From Podarcis liolepis (lineage: Eukaryota): DNA of 64,000 bases. Position numbers and translations under genes: made by a program. This document shows positions 47,539-58,755 of the stretch, in pieces. The notes below the pieces were generated by a model. That model was not told the origin of the DNA. It searched no databases and saw only the letters and a list, made by a program, of their open reading frames with translations. The first letter of the stretch is position 1, and every line of letters starts with the position of its first letter. The DNA is taken from assembly GCA_965112155.1 (NCBI GenBank), contig OZ218103.1; one strand, written 5' to 3'.

Positions 47539-50500
47539 CCTGTTGATTTCTCACCTTGGTTTCTCACCCTTCCTCCCTATGAGGCTGGTTAGGCTAAGAG
47601 AGAGAGTGACTAAGCCAAAGTCACCAGAGATGCACAATGGTTGAGTGAGGGTAGAGTTCACCTTTGCTTCCCACATCCATCTCTCTATTGCTCCACATAC
47701 TGACCAGTACATTTCTACAGCACAATTGCAGTATGTGCATGCTACATAGCATCATAGGAACATAGGAAAATAGCTTATAGCAAATGAGACCATTGGAAGT
47801 GACTGGCAGTGATCGTCCAAGGTTTTAGATAGGAGTCTTTGCTGCTGGGTTGTTGTTTTATGTGATTGATTGGTTTCTCCCTCAGAGATGCAAATGCACT
47901 GGAAGGGTGGGGTATACATTTATTAAACAAAGCATATAAGAGCATTTAGATGATTGAAAAAGATGTGTATAGATTTGTATTGCCAGAGTATAAACAACAA
48001 TTACCAGTTTTTAGGATCTGATAAGGCCTTTATTTTTATTCCTTATTAAGGCATCTAGTCCAACTCCCTGCATTGGACTAGATGACTCTCAGGGTCTCTT
48101 CCAACTCTACAAGTTTATGATTCTTTGATTAAAAATGTTATAACATTGTTTTGCTAATCAGTTATAATGAATGGCAAGTTCAGTCAAGTTGCATTCAAGT
48201 CTTTTTGACCCAACAATTCCATGCTTCCTTAGATATAGCTGGACATGGCTTTTGGCATGAAGAGTATTTGGAGTTCTAGACAAATTACTGCTGTTCTGCT
48301 GCCTCTTATCTCTACCATCTTTACCAGCTGTCATTTCTATCACATTACAAGAGTTTACAGCACAATCCAAATCCAAGTTCTGCCGGGATGAGCACATTTG
48401 AAATAGGCAGACCTTGAGCTGTCCCCCAAAGCTACACAGAGATAATTCCTGCCATCTCACTTTTGCTTGGGATATGCCATCATAATAAGTCCCTCAACTC
48501 AGCTTAACTGGGTCTATGCCTGCTTAGCCAGGGCTCATTTGGCAGAGCTTAAGTCAACAGAATTTATACCAGTGTAAGTCTCAAGAAAGGGGGAATTCTG
48601 GGGGCATGGTGGGAGCGGAAGAGGACAAGGCTAGACACTTATTCCAAACCTCTTTCAGCTCACTTGGCCTGTCAACCTGGTGAAAATTATGCAGGCAAAA
48701 AAGGTAATCTAAGTCAAACTTTATTTTAAAGACTTGCTTTTCATGTACCAGGCTCAGGCCAGCTCAGCTGGCTCCTGAGCTGAGTGTGGAATAAGGGCAA
48801 TTTAGCTTAAGCTGGTGTAAATTCCAGGAGCATCGTATACTTTGGGTTGCTCTGCCCTTCCCTAAAGCTATCCTTCCATGAAGTGAATGTATGCTGGAAC
48901 CAATACCCAAGGACATTTGACTTTGACAACTAAATATTGAATGTAGCCAAGATAAATAGTCAACTGTATCTTCATCACCTGCTTCTTCTTTCTGTTTTTT
49001 TTGTAGGCATGTGCATTTAAATTCAGGACACTGGTGGGAGGCAACATTGATGGTGGTGTGTTGCAGTGTGATGGGGGAAGGAGTCATCATGAGCAGCAGG
49101 AAGGCAAGGGGCAAAACCCTGGCTTTATAAGCAGTCTTAGGGTTCCTAACCAAAGACCCCAAATTCAGGCTGATTTGGAGATTACATAAAGCTGTAGAAA
49201 CAGCTCTACCTTCTTGTCTTAGTGGTGTGCTTGATACTAGAGATGCCACCAGTATAACCCAAAGTAAGTGTTCTGTATTTTTATGTAATACATTTTTGTC
49301 AACATCTGTATAATAGAAAGAAGTGTGTGAAACTATCATTGCTTTTTAAAGATCCAGGGAACAATACAGTCCATGAGTTAGTTGAAGCATAGTAGCCCAC
49401 TCCTGAGTACCCCAACAAAATATTTGAGGGGACCCCCAAATTTCATGGGCATTGCCATTCAAATGGTGCGTGCGTGCCATGTCTTGTGATTGATTATGCA
49501 GTACAGGGCTTACCTATCCCTCTCCTCAATATCTTATTCAAGTTGTCACCCTCTGGTTTGAAGGACACAATTCAAGGTGGCTTCTAAGGCATAGAAGCAA
49601 AGCAGCTGTGAAATCCCTGAGCTATGTTGCCATATTTCAAAAAGTGAAAATCAGGGGACAGAAAAGTTGGTGAGCTGCCATACGATTTCTGCCTGGACAC
49701 TGCTGCCAACTGCATTATTCCAGATATATCTGGGAAAATCCAGACGTGTGGCAACCCTAAGCTATGCCATATTCACAACATACATTTAAAGCACTATGAT
49801 GCCGTCTTAAAGAGTCATGACTCCAATCAAATAATTTTGAGAGCTGTAGTATGTTAAGGGTGCTGAGAGTTGCCAGGACTCTCCCAGAACTACAATCCAG
49901 ACAATGGTTTAACAATCCTTCTTCACAGGAAAGTCTAGGAATTGTAGCTCTGGAGAATGGGTGTCTTTGAAAACTTCCAGCACCCTGAACAAAGGACAGC
50001 TCCCAGAAGAGCTCTTCAGAGCACTGTAATGCATTGATGATCATGAGATCAACTCTGTACCTGAAATGGAAAGTGGCATAATTGTGCCTTCAGCTTCTGC
50101 TTGGAAATGTCACCTGTGGAGTTCTAGAAGACCAAGGCTGCTATTTTTACAACAGCCCTGCACTGAATAGTAGTAACGCAATATGCTAAATGGCACAAAG
50201 GAAATGATCAAATGATCTGAAATGTAAAGCAAAGTCAGTGCTGCCTCCAGACCCAGAGCCTTAAAACCTTTGCAATTGGTTCCTGTGTTCCAGCAAAGGC
50301 GCCTGTTCCTTTTTTTTTCCTGGTTAAGCTCAGCTTCCTGGTTCCCTTGTGTTTTACAAAGGCTGAGAAACCCTACTCCAAATTCACCCCTTAGGGTGAA
50401 TCTCTATTATGTTGTACATGTTCACCTCTGAAAGCATAGTCAGAGCAAACTGAACTCTATCATGTATCAGTTAATTCACTGTCTATAGCACCAAAGAGAT

Positions 50501-53094
50501 AAAGGGTAGTGTAGAGTCTGTCTCCCTTGTTGCCAGTAAATGAACACTACAGTCATTTTCACCGTCAGGCACTGCTAGTTGCTCTCTTGCTTCTAGCTCA
50601 AAATCATATGTGAGACATTTCTTCCTTCCTTCCTTTCATTATTATTAGAATAATGCCTTCAACCATAAATCTTTCATTACAGAAGTCTAGTGACTGCACA
50701 ATATCACCTAGTGAGAAAGAGGAATCACTTTTGGGAAACATTGTGCTGAATGGTCACCAGATATTCTATGGCTAAAAATATTTGCAACTTATTATTGAAT
50801 ATTTTGTTTCTATATTTGAATCTGCTTTCTGAACCTATTGAATCTCAGTATTTGATTTTTGACATTTTATGGGGTTTGCTCTAGACTTAGATGTGCACCC
50901 CTTATCCTGGCCTTTGACACCTGAGATGCAAGCTTTCAGGGCTTTCCTGTGATTGTAATAAATTTAATAATGATGATAATAATGATGATAGAGTAGGCCT
51001 GCTGAAATAAATAAGGCTTTCTTTAGAGTCAATTGATTTCAATGGCTCTACCCCAAAGCATGACTGAAAGTCTGAATCCAACTCATCAAATTGACCTAGA
51101 ACAGCTTTTTGATTTTTATTATCTTGTATTTATTGGGGGGGCACAATCTTTCAGTACTTTGTCCAATGCATATACTGTAGTACTCTATGGATAAAAACTG
51201 GAACCCCACTATTCTCATAGCAAGCAGTACTTTGCAAGCCTCACCCTTCCTTCCACTATTGCTTATCGCTTTTGCTGAATGCTCTTCTTTTCTTGCAAGT
51301 TGAACTCATTTATTCAATGGTCTTTCCCCAGCTGCCATAAAACCCAAGAGGGTGGTTGCTCCTTCTCTTGAAGAGGTCCTATAATATTTATTCTTGTTCT
51401 TTCCAGGCACTTTTCAAGAGCAGCTCCACAAAGAGTGTATTTTATGTCACCATTGCAGGAATAACCAGGGCCATAGAGTCACAACTGGCAAATCAATGAA
51501 ACCTGGTAAAACTGTGTTCCTGGCTACTGCTGCCCTAAGGACATTCAGCACCAGGATCAGATCCAAGAGCACCCTCAAGTTGCAAAACCTGACCCTTAAG
51601 AGTGAGTGAGGTTTCATACAGTAAAGGCTGTACGCGAACTCCAAAATCAGGCTCCACCTGTAGTAAACAAGGTCAGGCTGAAGGGTGCACATCTCTCCTC
51701 TCCTCTCCTCTTGGTGTGCAGAGATAAAACAGAAATGCCAAGAGGGAGGCATGGGCTTGATGAGGAACCAGAAAGTGGAAAGCTGAAAGAATCAGTAGAG
51801 AAGGAAATGAATTGTTGGGATGCACTTCATGTGCTTGCAGAGTGAGCAGAGATAAGAAGGTGGTGCCCTCTAGAGCAGCATCCAAAGAAAGGTGGGAAGG
51901 GGACTTGGAGCAGAGAGCTATTGCACTTAAGAGTAACTAATAAGGGGGCAAGAAATAGAGGAAATGAAATCAGGGTCTAGGAGAGAAAGGCCCAGTGGTG
52001 AGCTCATAACAGAAGATTGTTGGGTCATAAGGCAAAATAGGGGTGGGAAGCAGGACAATAGTTACACAGGTAGAAAACGAGCAGGGCTTTCCAGTCATTG
52101 TGCTGTGTGTCACGTGCATGACCACCTGCCAGCTGGGCAGAAGTGTAGACCTATGTATGCCAGGTCCAATGAGCTCCTGGTGTGATTCTTAACCTTTGTA
52201 CAGTAGCCATGTAAAAGTCACAGTTGTTTTGCTCCATCTAGGCAAACAAGAGACACAATCACATTCCAGTCATGCAAAAGCATTCAAGAAGGGCCTAGAA
52301 CAGGATTGGTGTGGGGGTAAAGCCTGAAGAGAGTCCTGAGGGCCATACATAGAGGAGTGGATGGCCACATTCAGTCCCAGGATCTGACATTCCCTGCTCA
52401 TATCAGTCCTAAGGGTGGCATGAAACAATGACGTGGGAACACATTGAAAAGCAGAAACAATTTAATTCATACAGACAGTACACAGAGTATCTCCTTCCAC
52501 ATTATGGCCTTAGGATCACTCTCCTCCATGTCATTGTTGTTGTTGTTTTATTTTATTTATTGAATTTATATACTGCCCTATACCTGGAGGTCTCAGGGCA
52601 GTTCACTGGCACTGTCGAGAAAGGGATATAAATTGGAATGTGGTGGTAGCGTGCATTGACTGCATATGTGAAACACATAAAATGTTCCATGCACCTGTCT
52701 CGGAAGCCCCTGCGTGAGAATATGATTTGCTTCAGTAGCTTCAGGCAAAGTTGAGTCAAGGGCTGTGATGCTGTCACAGAATCCTTAAGCGGGTAAATGA
52801 GAGAGGCAAATGTTAAATTCATTTAAAAAAACCCAACCAGCATATGGTTACATGGATCTATAATGCATGATGTGAGTATGTAATACATCTTCAGCCTTCT
52901 CTTTGAGCTTTTCTGAATTATAAGTATTAGCATGACCCCTATTGACCAGTGCAGAGAAATGGTTGAAAGTATATGAAAGATAGAAGAAGAAAACCTCATG
53001 AACACAGCTTAGATATGAACAAAAGTTGACTGGAGGCCCCCTGCTCATTAAAATCGAGGACCCAATCCTTTAGGTCAGTAAGTCATGGGTCAAG

Positions 53095-53580
53095 GCCTAT
53101 TAGACAAAATAGAAACAGAAATTATCAGGTCCGGATGGCATGCAACTGACAGTTCCTGAAGAACTCAAATGTAAAATTGCTTCTGACTTGTCCCTCAGAC
53201 TTTATATATGAAGACTGGAAAATATCCAGTGTGACATCATTTTCTAAAAGGGATCCTGGAAATTACAGGGCAGTTAACTTAACATGTGGTTTGAGAAAGC
53301 TGGTGGAAAGTATTGCTAAAGATTAAATATAGAAGAATTAATATAGAAGAATAAGCCTTGCTGAAGCAGAGCCAGCATAGCTTCTGCAAGGGCAAGATGT
53401 ATTACATACTCACATTAAGCAGTGAGGGGGCCAAGTTTGCTGCTGATGTTAAATTACTCAGCGTCATTTAAAACAAAAATAAATTGTGAAGAGCTCCAAA
53501 AGGACATCTCCAAAATGAGTGAATGGGTGATAAAATGACAAATGCAATTCAATGTAAACAAATGTAAACTGATGAATGTG
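53095..53580 (+). mobile_element. Highly decayed CR1 ORF2 (RT region) fragment
   Basis: Pieces translate SGPDG, EDWK, DPGNYRAVNLT, SQHSFCKGK, AKFAADVKL, EELQKD and MQFNVNKCKLM, the CR1 RT motifs, with an internal deletion. Confidence 0.75.
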
Positions 53581-55006
53581 AGGAGGAAACAGGGCAAGTT
53601 CAAAAAATGACACCCTCGCCCTCCATGTCAAATGGCATAATATTCAAGAGCAGTCCAGTTTATTTTCACCAACTGGGACAGGAAATCTCACAAGAGCCTC
53701 TCCCATTCCCATTGTAAAAAATACAACTACAATAAATTAAATGACTGACCATGTGATGCCCTTCCATGACACCCAAAATCAGTTGCCTGAGGTGGTTCAC
53801 ATCACTAGTAGGGCCGGCTCTGGAAGAATTGTTGTTGTACTTGAGTGGATGATCAAATGTACATTACTACATGTACACGCTACACCTTATCCATTCAAAA
53901 TATAAAACATGCAAATACACACAAATGCAGATAATAAAAGATAAATACACTCATATCCGAACCCATTAAAAGTTGCTCTATATTACTACATGATGCGTTT
54001 ATAAAATACAATAAGGGAAGACAAGATCCCGCAATATCTATTATTTTTGCAACTGTGTTCCTGTCTCCCATTCCCTCCCCCCCCCCCCATTTCTTCCTTT
54101 AGTTAGCAAAAATCAATTTATAATGCTTAAGCCATGGTAGATGAATTTTTGTGGGATAAATGCAACACTTTGCTTTTGAGATCAGAACACACTATTGAGG
54201 CACTCAGGCTTTTATTACTATTAGGGCTGGCTGTCAATGCCTATTATATAGCTCTCCTAAAAGCTAGATGCAAGATTGCCTGACTGTGTCGTGATGATTT
54301 TCTCCTCCCTTTTATTTTGCAGGTATTCTTTGGCCCCAGATTTTTTGGACTGCAACTCACAGCATCTCTGAATGTTTGCTGTGCTGACTGGGGCTAATGG
54401 GAATATGGAAAAATAAAAGGGAAAGAAAGTGGGGCAATACCTTCAATAAGACAATCATACTAGACAAAAATACTAGAGATGAGCTTCTGAATTACACAGA
54501 AGTCTTCCTCTGCAGTAGAGGTTTAAGTCAAAATTTATAAAAAATGTAAAATAAAAGACGCTACATGTTTGGTGTGCCACATCTTAACCCATTGATATTC
54601 TCTAGAACAACGGAACTGGGAGGTTTCTGTTAATGGAGAATAAATTGTTGAGTTCAAGCTTTGACTTTGATGAATTCCTATTTTAATCAGGCAGATACAT
54701 ACATATTTGCCTCTGTGGAAAGAGAGTTGGTTTTTCCACAACTTCCACTTGGTGAACATTTAAGGCCACCATTGGGTAATCACTTGTTTGTGTGAGTCAT
54801 GCTTTGGGTGCCACATTGCTTGTGAACCACTGCTTTAACTTCAGACAATGCAGCGCTGCCTTCCTCTTGGGGGAAGAAGGCATAGCTCAGTTGCAGAGCA
54901 TCTTTTGAATGCAGAAGGTTCAAGGTTCAAGCCCTGGCACTTCCTCGTGGGACTTGAGATGTTGCCTGCCTGAAACCCTGGAAAGCCTTTGCCAGTCAGT
55001 GTAAAC

Positions 55007-55393
55007 CAGTGGTAAGGAAAGCCTTTCAGCCTAAGGGCCAGAGAAATAGTAGGCAGAGCAATGAATGTGAAATGTACCTTTTTACAGTTAGTTTCTACAT
55101 ATACTCATAGCTGTCAACTTTCCCCTTTTTTAAAGGAAATTCCCTTATTCGGAATAGGATTCCTCGCAAGAAAAGGGAAAAGTTGACAGCTATGCATATA
55201 CTCCCACACCTCTTTGCTTCCTCCATCCAGGTGAACAAGAAGCATTCTCAGAATTCAAGGATACTTTCCAGCTAGGCAAAAACCTTTGAGAAACAGGTCA
55301 GGTAGGGGGTGTGGCTCTGGAAATGCCAAAGGGCTACACAGAGAAGCCTGGATAGCTGCATTTGTCTCCCAGTCCTGAGGTTCCCCACCCCTG
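55007..55393. mobile_element. hAT non-autonomous element
   Basis: Ends CAGTGGTAAGGAAAGCCT / AGGTTCCCCACCCCTG; perfect 8-bp TSD GTGTAAAC (54999-55006, 55394-55401). Confidence 0.85.
55106..55194. mobile_element. 89-bp hAT mini-MITE
   Basis: TIRs CATAGCTGTCAACTTT / AAAGTTGACAGCTATG; perfect 8-bp TSD CATATACT (55098-55105, 55195-55202). Confidence 0.92.
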
Positions 55394-56342
55394 GTGTAAA
55401 CTATACTGAGATGGGCAGAGCAAGGATCCTATGTTCTTGCATTTGTCTCAGGGACAGGGGTGGGGTGGGGAATGTGGCTTCATCTTTCATGAATGGCAGG
55501 CATCCTTCTCTCTTGAGAGAAGATCAGCAAGTGTATCTGATCTGCCGAAATTATCTCTTCTATAATCTGACACTCGTGTAACTCTGCCTGGGAGGATATT
55601 ATGGCTCATCAAATGAAACCTAAGACTCTTAATTTTTGTTAAATGTGCCTAGCAATTTATGCAAATTGGTACATAAAGCTTTTACACTGCTACAGAGATG
55701 TCTTAAAAATAACCTTGCATATTTCTTTGATGTAATTAAATGCACCTGGATCCGCCTGTAGGTGATTGGGAGGGGGGGGTTCCCCAGTGCTCCATTTTCC
55801 AAGATCCTATTTACAAATTAATAACTCAAGTACCAACAGTTTAAAAATAAAATAAAATTCCCTGATGAGAAATATTGATAGAAAACAGGTATTGTAGGAG
55901 AGCAGGATTTCATTGTAATGCAGGAACTCAGGTGCTTTTTGGAGCGGCGGGGCGGGTAGGGGAACACTTCAAAACTAATTTAAATGAAGAAATGGTAACA
56001 GAGAAAGACAGTGTCTGTTTTGCTTATTTTATGGTTTGGTTACAGAAAGCTTTGCATACAGAAGCCCTTCCAATTTATAGGTATCAAAGGGAATTAGAGC
56101 TGAAGAGCGCTGAGCTTCTGCCTTATTAAGTACGCTCGGTGGTGTCTCTGTCCTGCCTCTCTCTTTATAATGCAGACCAGAAGACTATTCATGTACAATG
56201 CACACAGCATATCTCTTCATTGAATGCAGCACTTTGCCATTACAGTATTACCTGGCATTTATTTCTGCCATCTAGGACTGGGGAAAGGGATCAGCTAATT
56301 CCCACTGGCATGCTGAAGATGCCGCATTCTGATAATTTCCTT

Positions 56343-56513
56343 GGGGAAGGATCGCTGCTCAGCAGCAGAGCACATGCTTGGCATCCAGAAGGTTCAGTCC
56401 CTGGCGTCACCTTTTAAAAAGATCTCAGGCGGCAGCAGGAGATGCCCAAGACCTCTGCTTGAGACCTTGGCTTCCAGTCTGGATAGAAAAATAGTATAAG
56501 GAAGCTCTGTATG
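56343..56513 (+). mobile_element. tRNA-derived SINE (Squam2-like), decayed
   Basis: GGGGAAGG...GCTCAG...AGAGCACATGCTTGGCATCCAGAAGGTTCAGTCCCTGGC head and GTATAAGGAAGCTC tail. Confidence 0.65.
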
Positions 56514-57023
56514 TGTCGGTGACTGGACTGAAGGGGACGAGATTGAGAAGGAGGAATGGTGAAGATCACCCCACCCCCCTTCCCCTGACGCTTCCAGAGA
56601 AGAGGAAGGCAGCACTGAATTACAGCAGTAGTTTGAGGAAGGTCACAGAGCAGAGACAGGCAAACAGAAGAGTTGGGAGGTGTTGGGAGAAGAGAAGGGG
56701 GAGACAGAGATGGAACAGCCAGCTGACACATTATCACTGGAGAGTATTTCTGACCCACCCCCCTTCTCCCAGAACCCAAATTTCATTGAGGGTGCAAGAG
56801 CAAAGGACTCAGAGACAATTAGCCCCTGGTGGCCACCGTAAGGGGAAGTGGTGTTGCTAGGAAGAGAGGGGGGAGGAGATCAGTTGGAGCAACATCATTA
56901 ATGGGAAATAGACTGCTTTCCTGGTCTCTCGTTGTGTTGATTTAATAAACTCATAAGTAAGAACTCTTTGTTTTTCTCTGCTCCTTGTGGCCACCGAGGG
57001 AGAGAATTCCCTGGAGCCTGACA
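56514..57023 (+). mobile_element. Solo LTR, 510 bp
   Basis: TGTCGG...CCTGACA termini; AATAAA at 56944-56949; perfect 5-bp TSD GTATG (56509-56513, 57024-57028). Confidence 0.85.
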
Positions 57024-57129
57024 GTATGTGACTCTTCTGGAAAGCAAAGGGATAGCCAACTGAAAATTTTATGATATATTAAACCAATAATTACAGTCTA
57101 TACCAGTAAATCTTACAGGATCATGAGGG

Positions 57130-57324
57130 AAAATAAAAAAAATTCCTTCCAGTAGCACCTTAAAGACCAACTAAGTTAGTTCTTGGTATGAGCTTTCGTG
57201 TGCATGCACACTTCTTCAGATACGTACTAACTAAGAACTAACTTAGTTGGTCTTTAAGGTGCTACTGGAAGGAATTTTTTTTATTTTGTCTATGGCAGAC
57301 CAACACGGCTACCTATCTGTAACT
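57130..57324. mobile_element. Penelope-like insertion with inverted terminal fragments
   Basis: Near-perfect inverted arms of about 55 bp (57130-57184 and about 57232-57287); 13-bp TSD AGGATCATGAGGG (57117-57129, 57325-57337). Confidence 0.85.
57186..57223 (-). ncRNA. Minimal type I hammerhead ribozyme motif (Penelope-associated)
   Basis: Minus strand reads GUAU-CUGAAGA-A-GUGUGC(AU)GCACAC-GAAA-GC-UC-AUAC: helix I GUAU/AUAC, CUGANGA core, helix II, GAAA, palindromic AGCU helix III and an NUH site. Confidence 0.75.
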
Positions 57325-58496
57325 AGGATCATGAGGGGTCATTTGGGGCAATGGAAAGGATGCACCCTTTGTGTTTGGAATAAAATGGTTTTTGGTGCAT
57401 GGTCTGGAGCAAACTGGAAGGGTCACCAGCAGATCTTAGTGGCTCGGTTGTTTGTTGACTGAACAGTTGCTGTGTCCACACACAACCATAATGTGTATAT
57501 GGTGTATGTGGTTGCACAGATCAAATTTCCCCATCTGTGCTTTTGTGTGCTTTTGGCCACACCTGAGTGCTTTCAGGCTTAGGCCTCCAAAATCTGTCTC
57601 AGTGTTTCTGATCCACACTAATAGATAGTGCTTTATAGGCTGTATTTGCACTGTGTGTTATCTTAGGGCTTTCTGTGATTATAGATGTAATCGTTGTGAG
57701 GACTGTACCACTTTATCATGCAAATCTCTATGTAGCTTCGAACACTACTTGCTACAGGCTGGGACTCTAGGGCATATCCTTACAAGAGATTATAACAAAA
57801 AGCTAATATGAATGCAAATATAGCATACACTTGGTGTGTTGAATTAATATCCCTTTTATTGTAACAAATGAAGATGCATGACATTTTTTTCAGAGGTTTT
57901 TCTCTTCAGTTTTATAACCATTCTATTAAAGCCAATGATTTACTAGCTAACCTGAAGTGAAATTATTGGAAATTACTGTAAACGTCCTAATTGTACCTAC
58001 TCTAATTGATGGCACAAATTTATACCCACTACTATATGTATCCTTGGGAGAGGGGAGGCACATGCTATGTATTTTAAATAGGCCATCTTTAATGATTGGA
58101 CCAATTTTTTTCTATTGTAACGATAGGGAAAAGCCAGTCCCTCAAAACTGGAACCATACTTTTTTGGGGGGTGGGTTCACCCTAGTTGGCAACAAATCTG
58201 GTATTCTTCTTAAATAAGGCAGATGTTGAAATTAGAGATTTCCCTGACTTTGGATGTTCCTATTGATGAAAATCATCCAAGAAATGTTAAGGGAAGAAAA
58301 AGCAATTTTAATATGTAGCTAAATCTGTCAGAGGTGTCCTGCCCTTCCCTACCAGAGACCCACATACAGTTTCTTAAGTAAAGCTTACTGTGGTAGGTAG
58401 GTAAACTCCTTCTTAGTTCCACAGGATGCGCGGCTAGTAGACCATGTCTGTTGAGGAAACTTTATACATTGGGGAAAAGTTTATAAGACCTATGAC

Positions 58497-58755
58497 AAGA
58501 AGAAGAAGGAAGAAGAAGAGTTTGGAATTGATATCCTGCTTTATCACTACCCTAGGGAGTCTCAAAGCGGCTAACATTCTCCTTTCCCTTCCTCCCCCAC
58601 AACAAACACTCTGTGAGGTGAGTGGGGCTAAGAGACTTCAAAGAAGTGTGACTGGCCCAAGGTCACCCAGCAGCTGCATGTGGAGGAGCGGAGACGCGAA
58701 CCCGGTTCCCCAGATTACAAGACTACCGCTCTTAACCACTACCCCACACTGGCTC
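58497..58755 (-). mobile_element. Squam3-type SINE
   Basis: Near-identical to 23571 and 24266. Confidence 0.9.

Larger units (their letters stand above)
54870..55440 (+). mobile_element. tRNA-derived SINE (Squam2-like), host of two nested MITEs
   Basis: CATAGCTCAGTTGCAGAGCATC...GCAGAAGGTTCAAGGTTCAAGCCCTGG...CCTGAAACCCTGG...GCCAGTCAGTGTAAAC, continuing as TATACTGAG after the insertion. Confidence 0.75.

Noticed and set aside
48764-49339. 191-aa minus-strand ORF, also 35502-35960 and 60600-61037
   Set aside because: No recognisable domain, non-ATG or weak starts and no convincing exon boundaries; compatible with chance.
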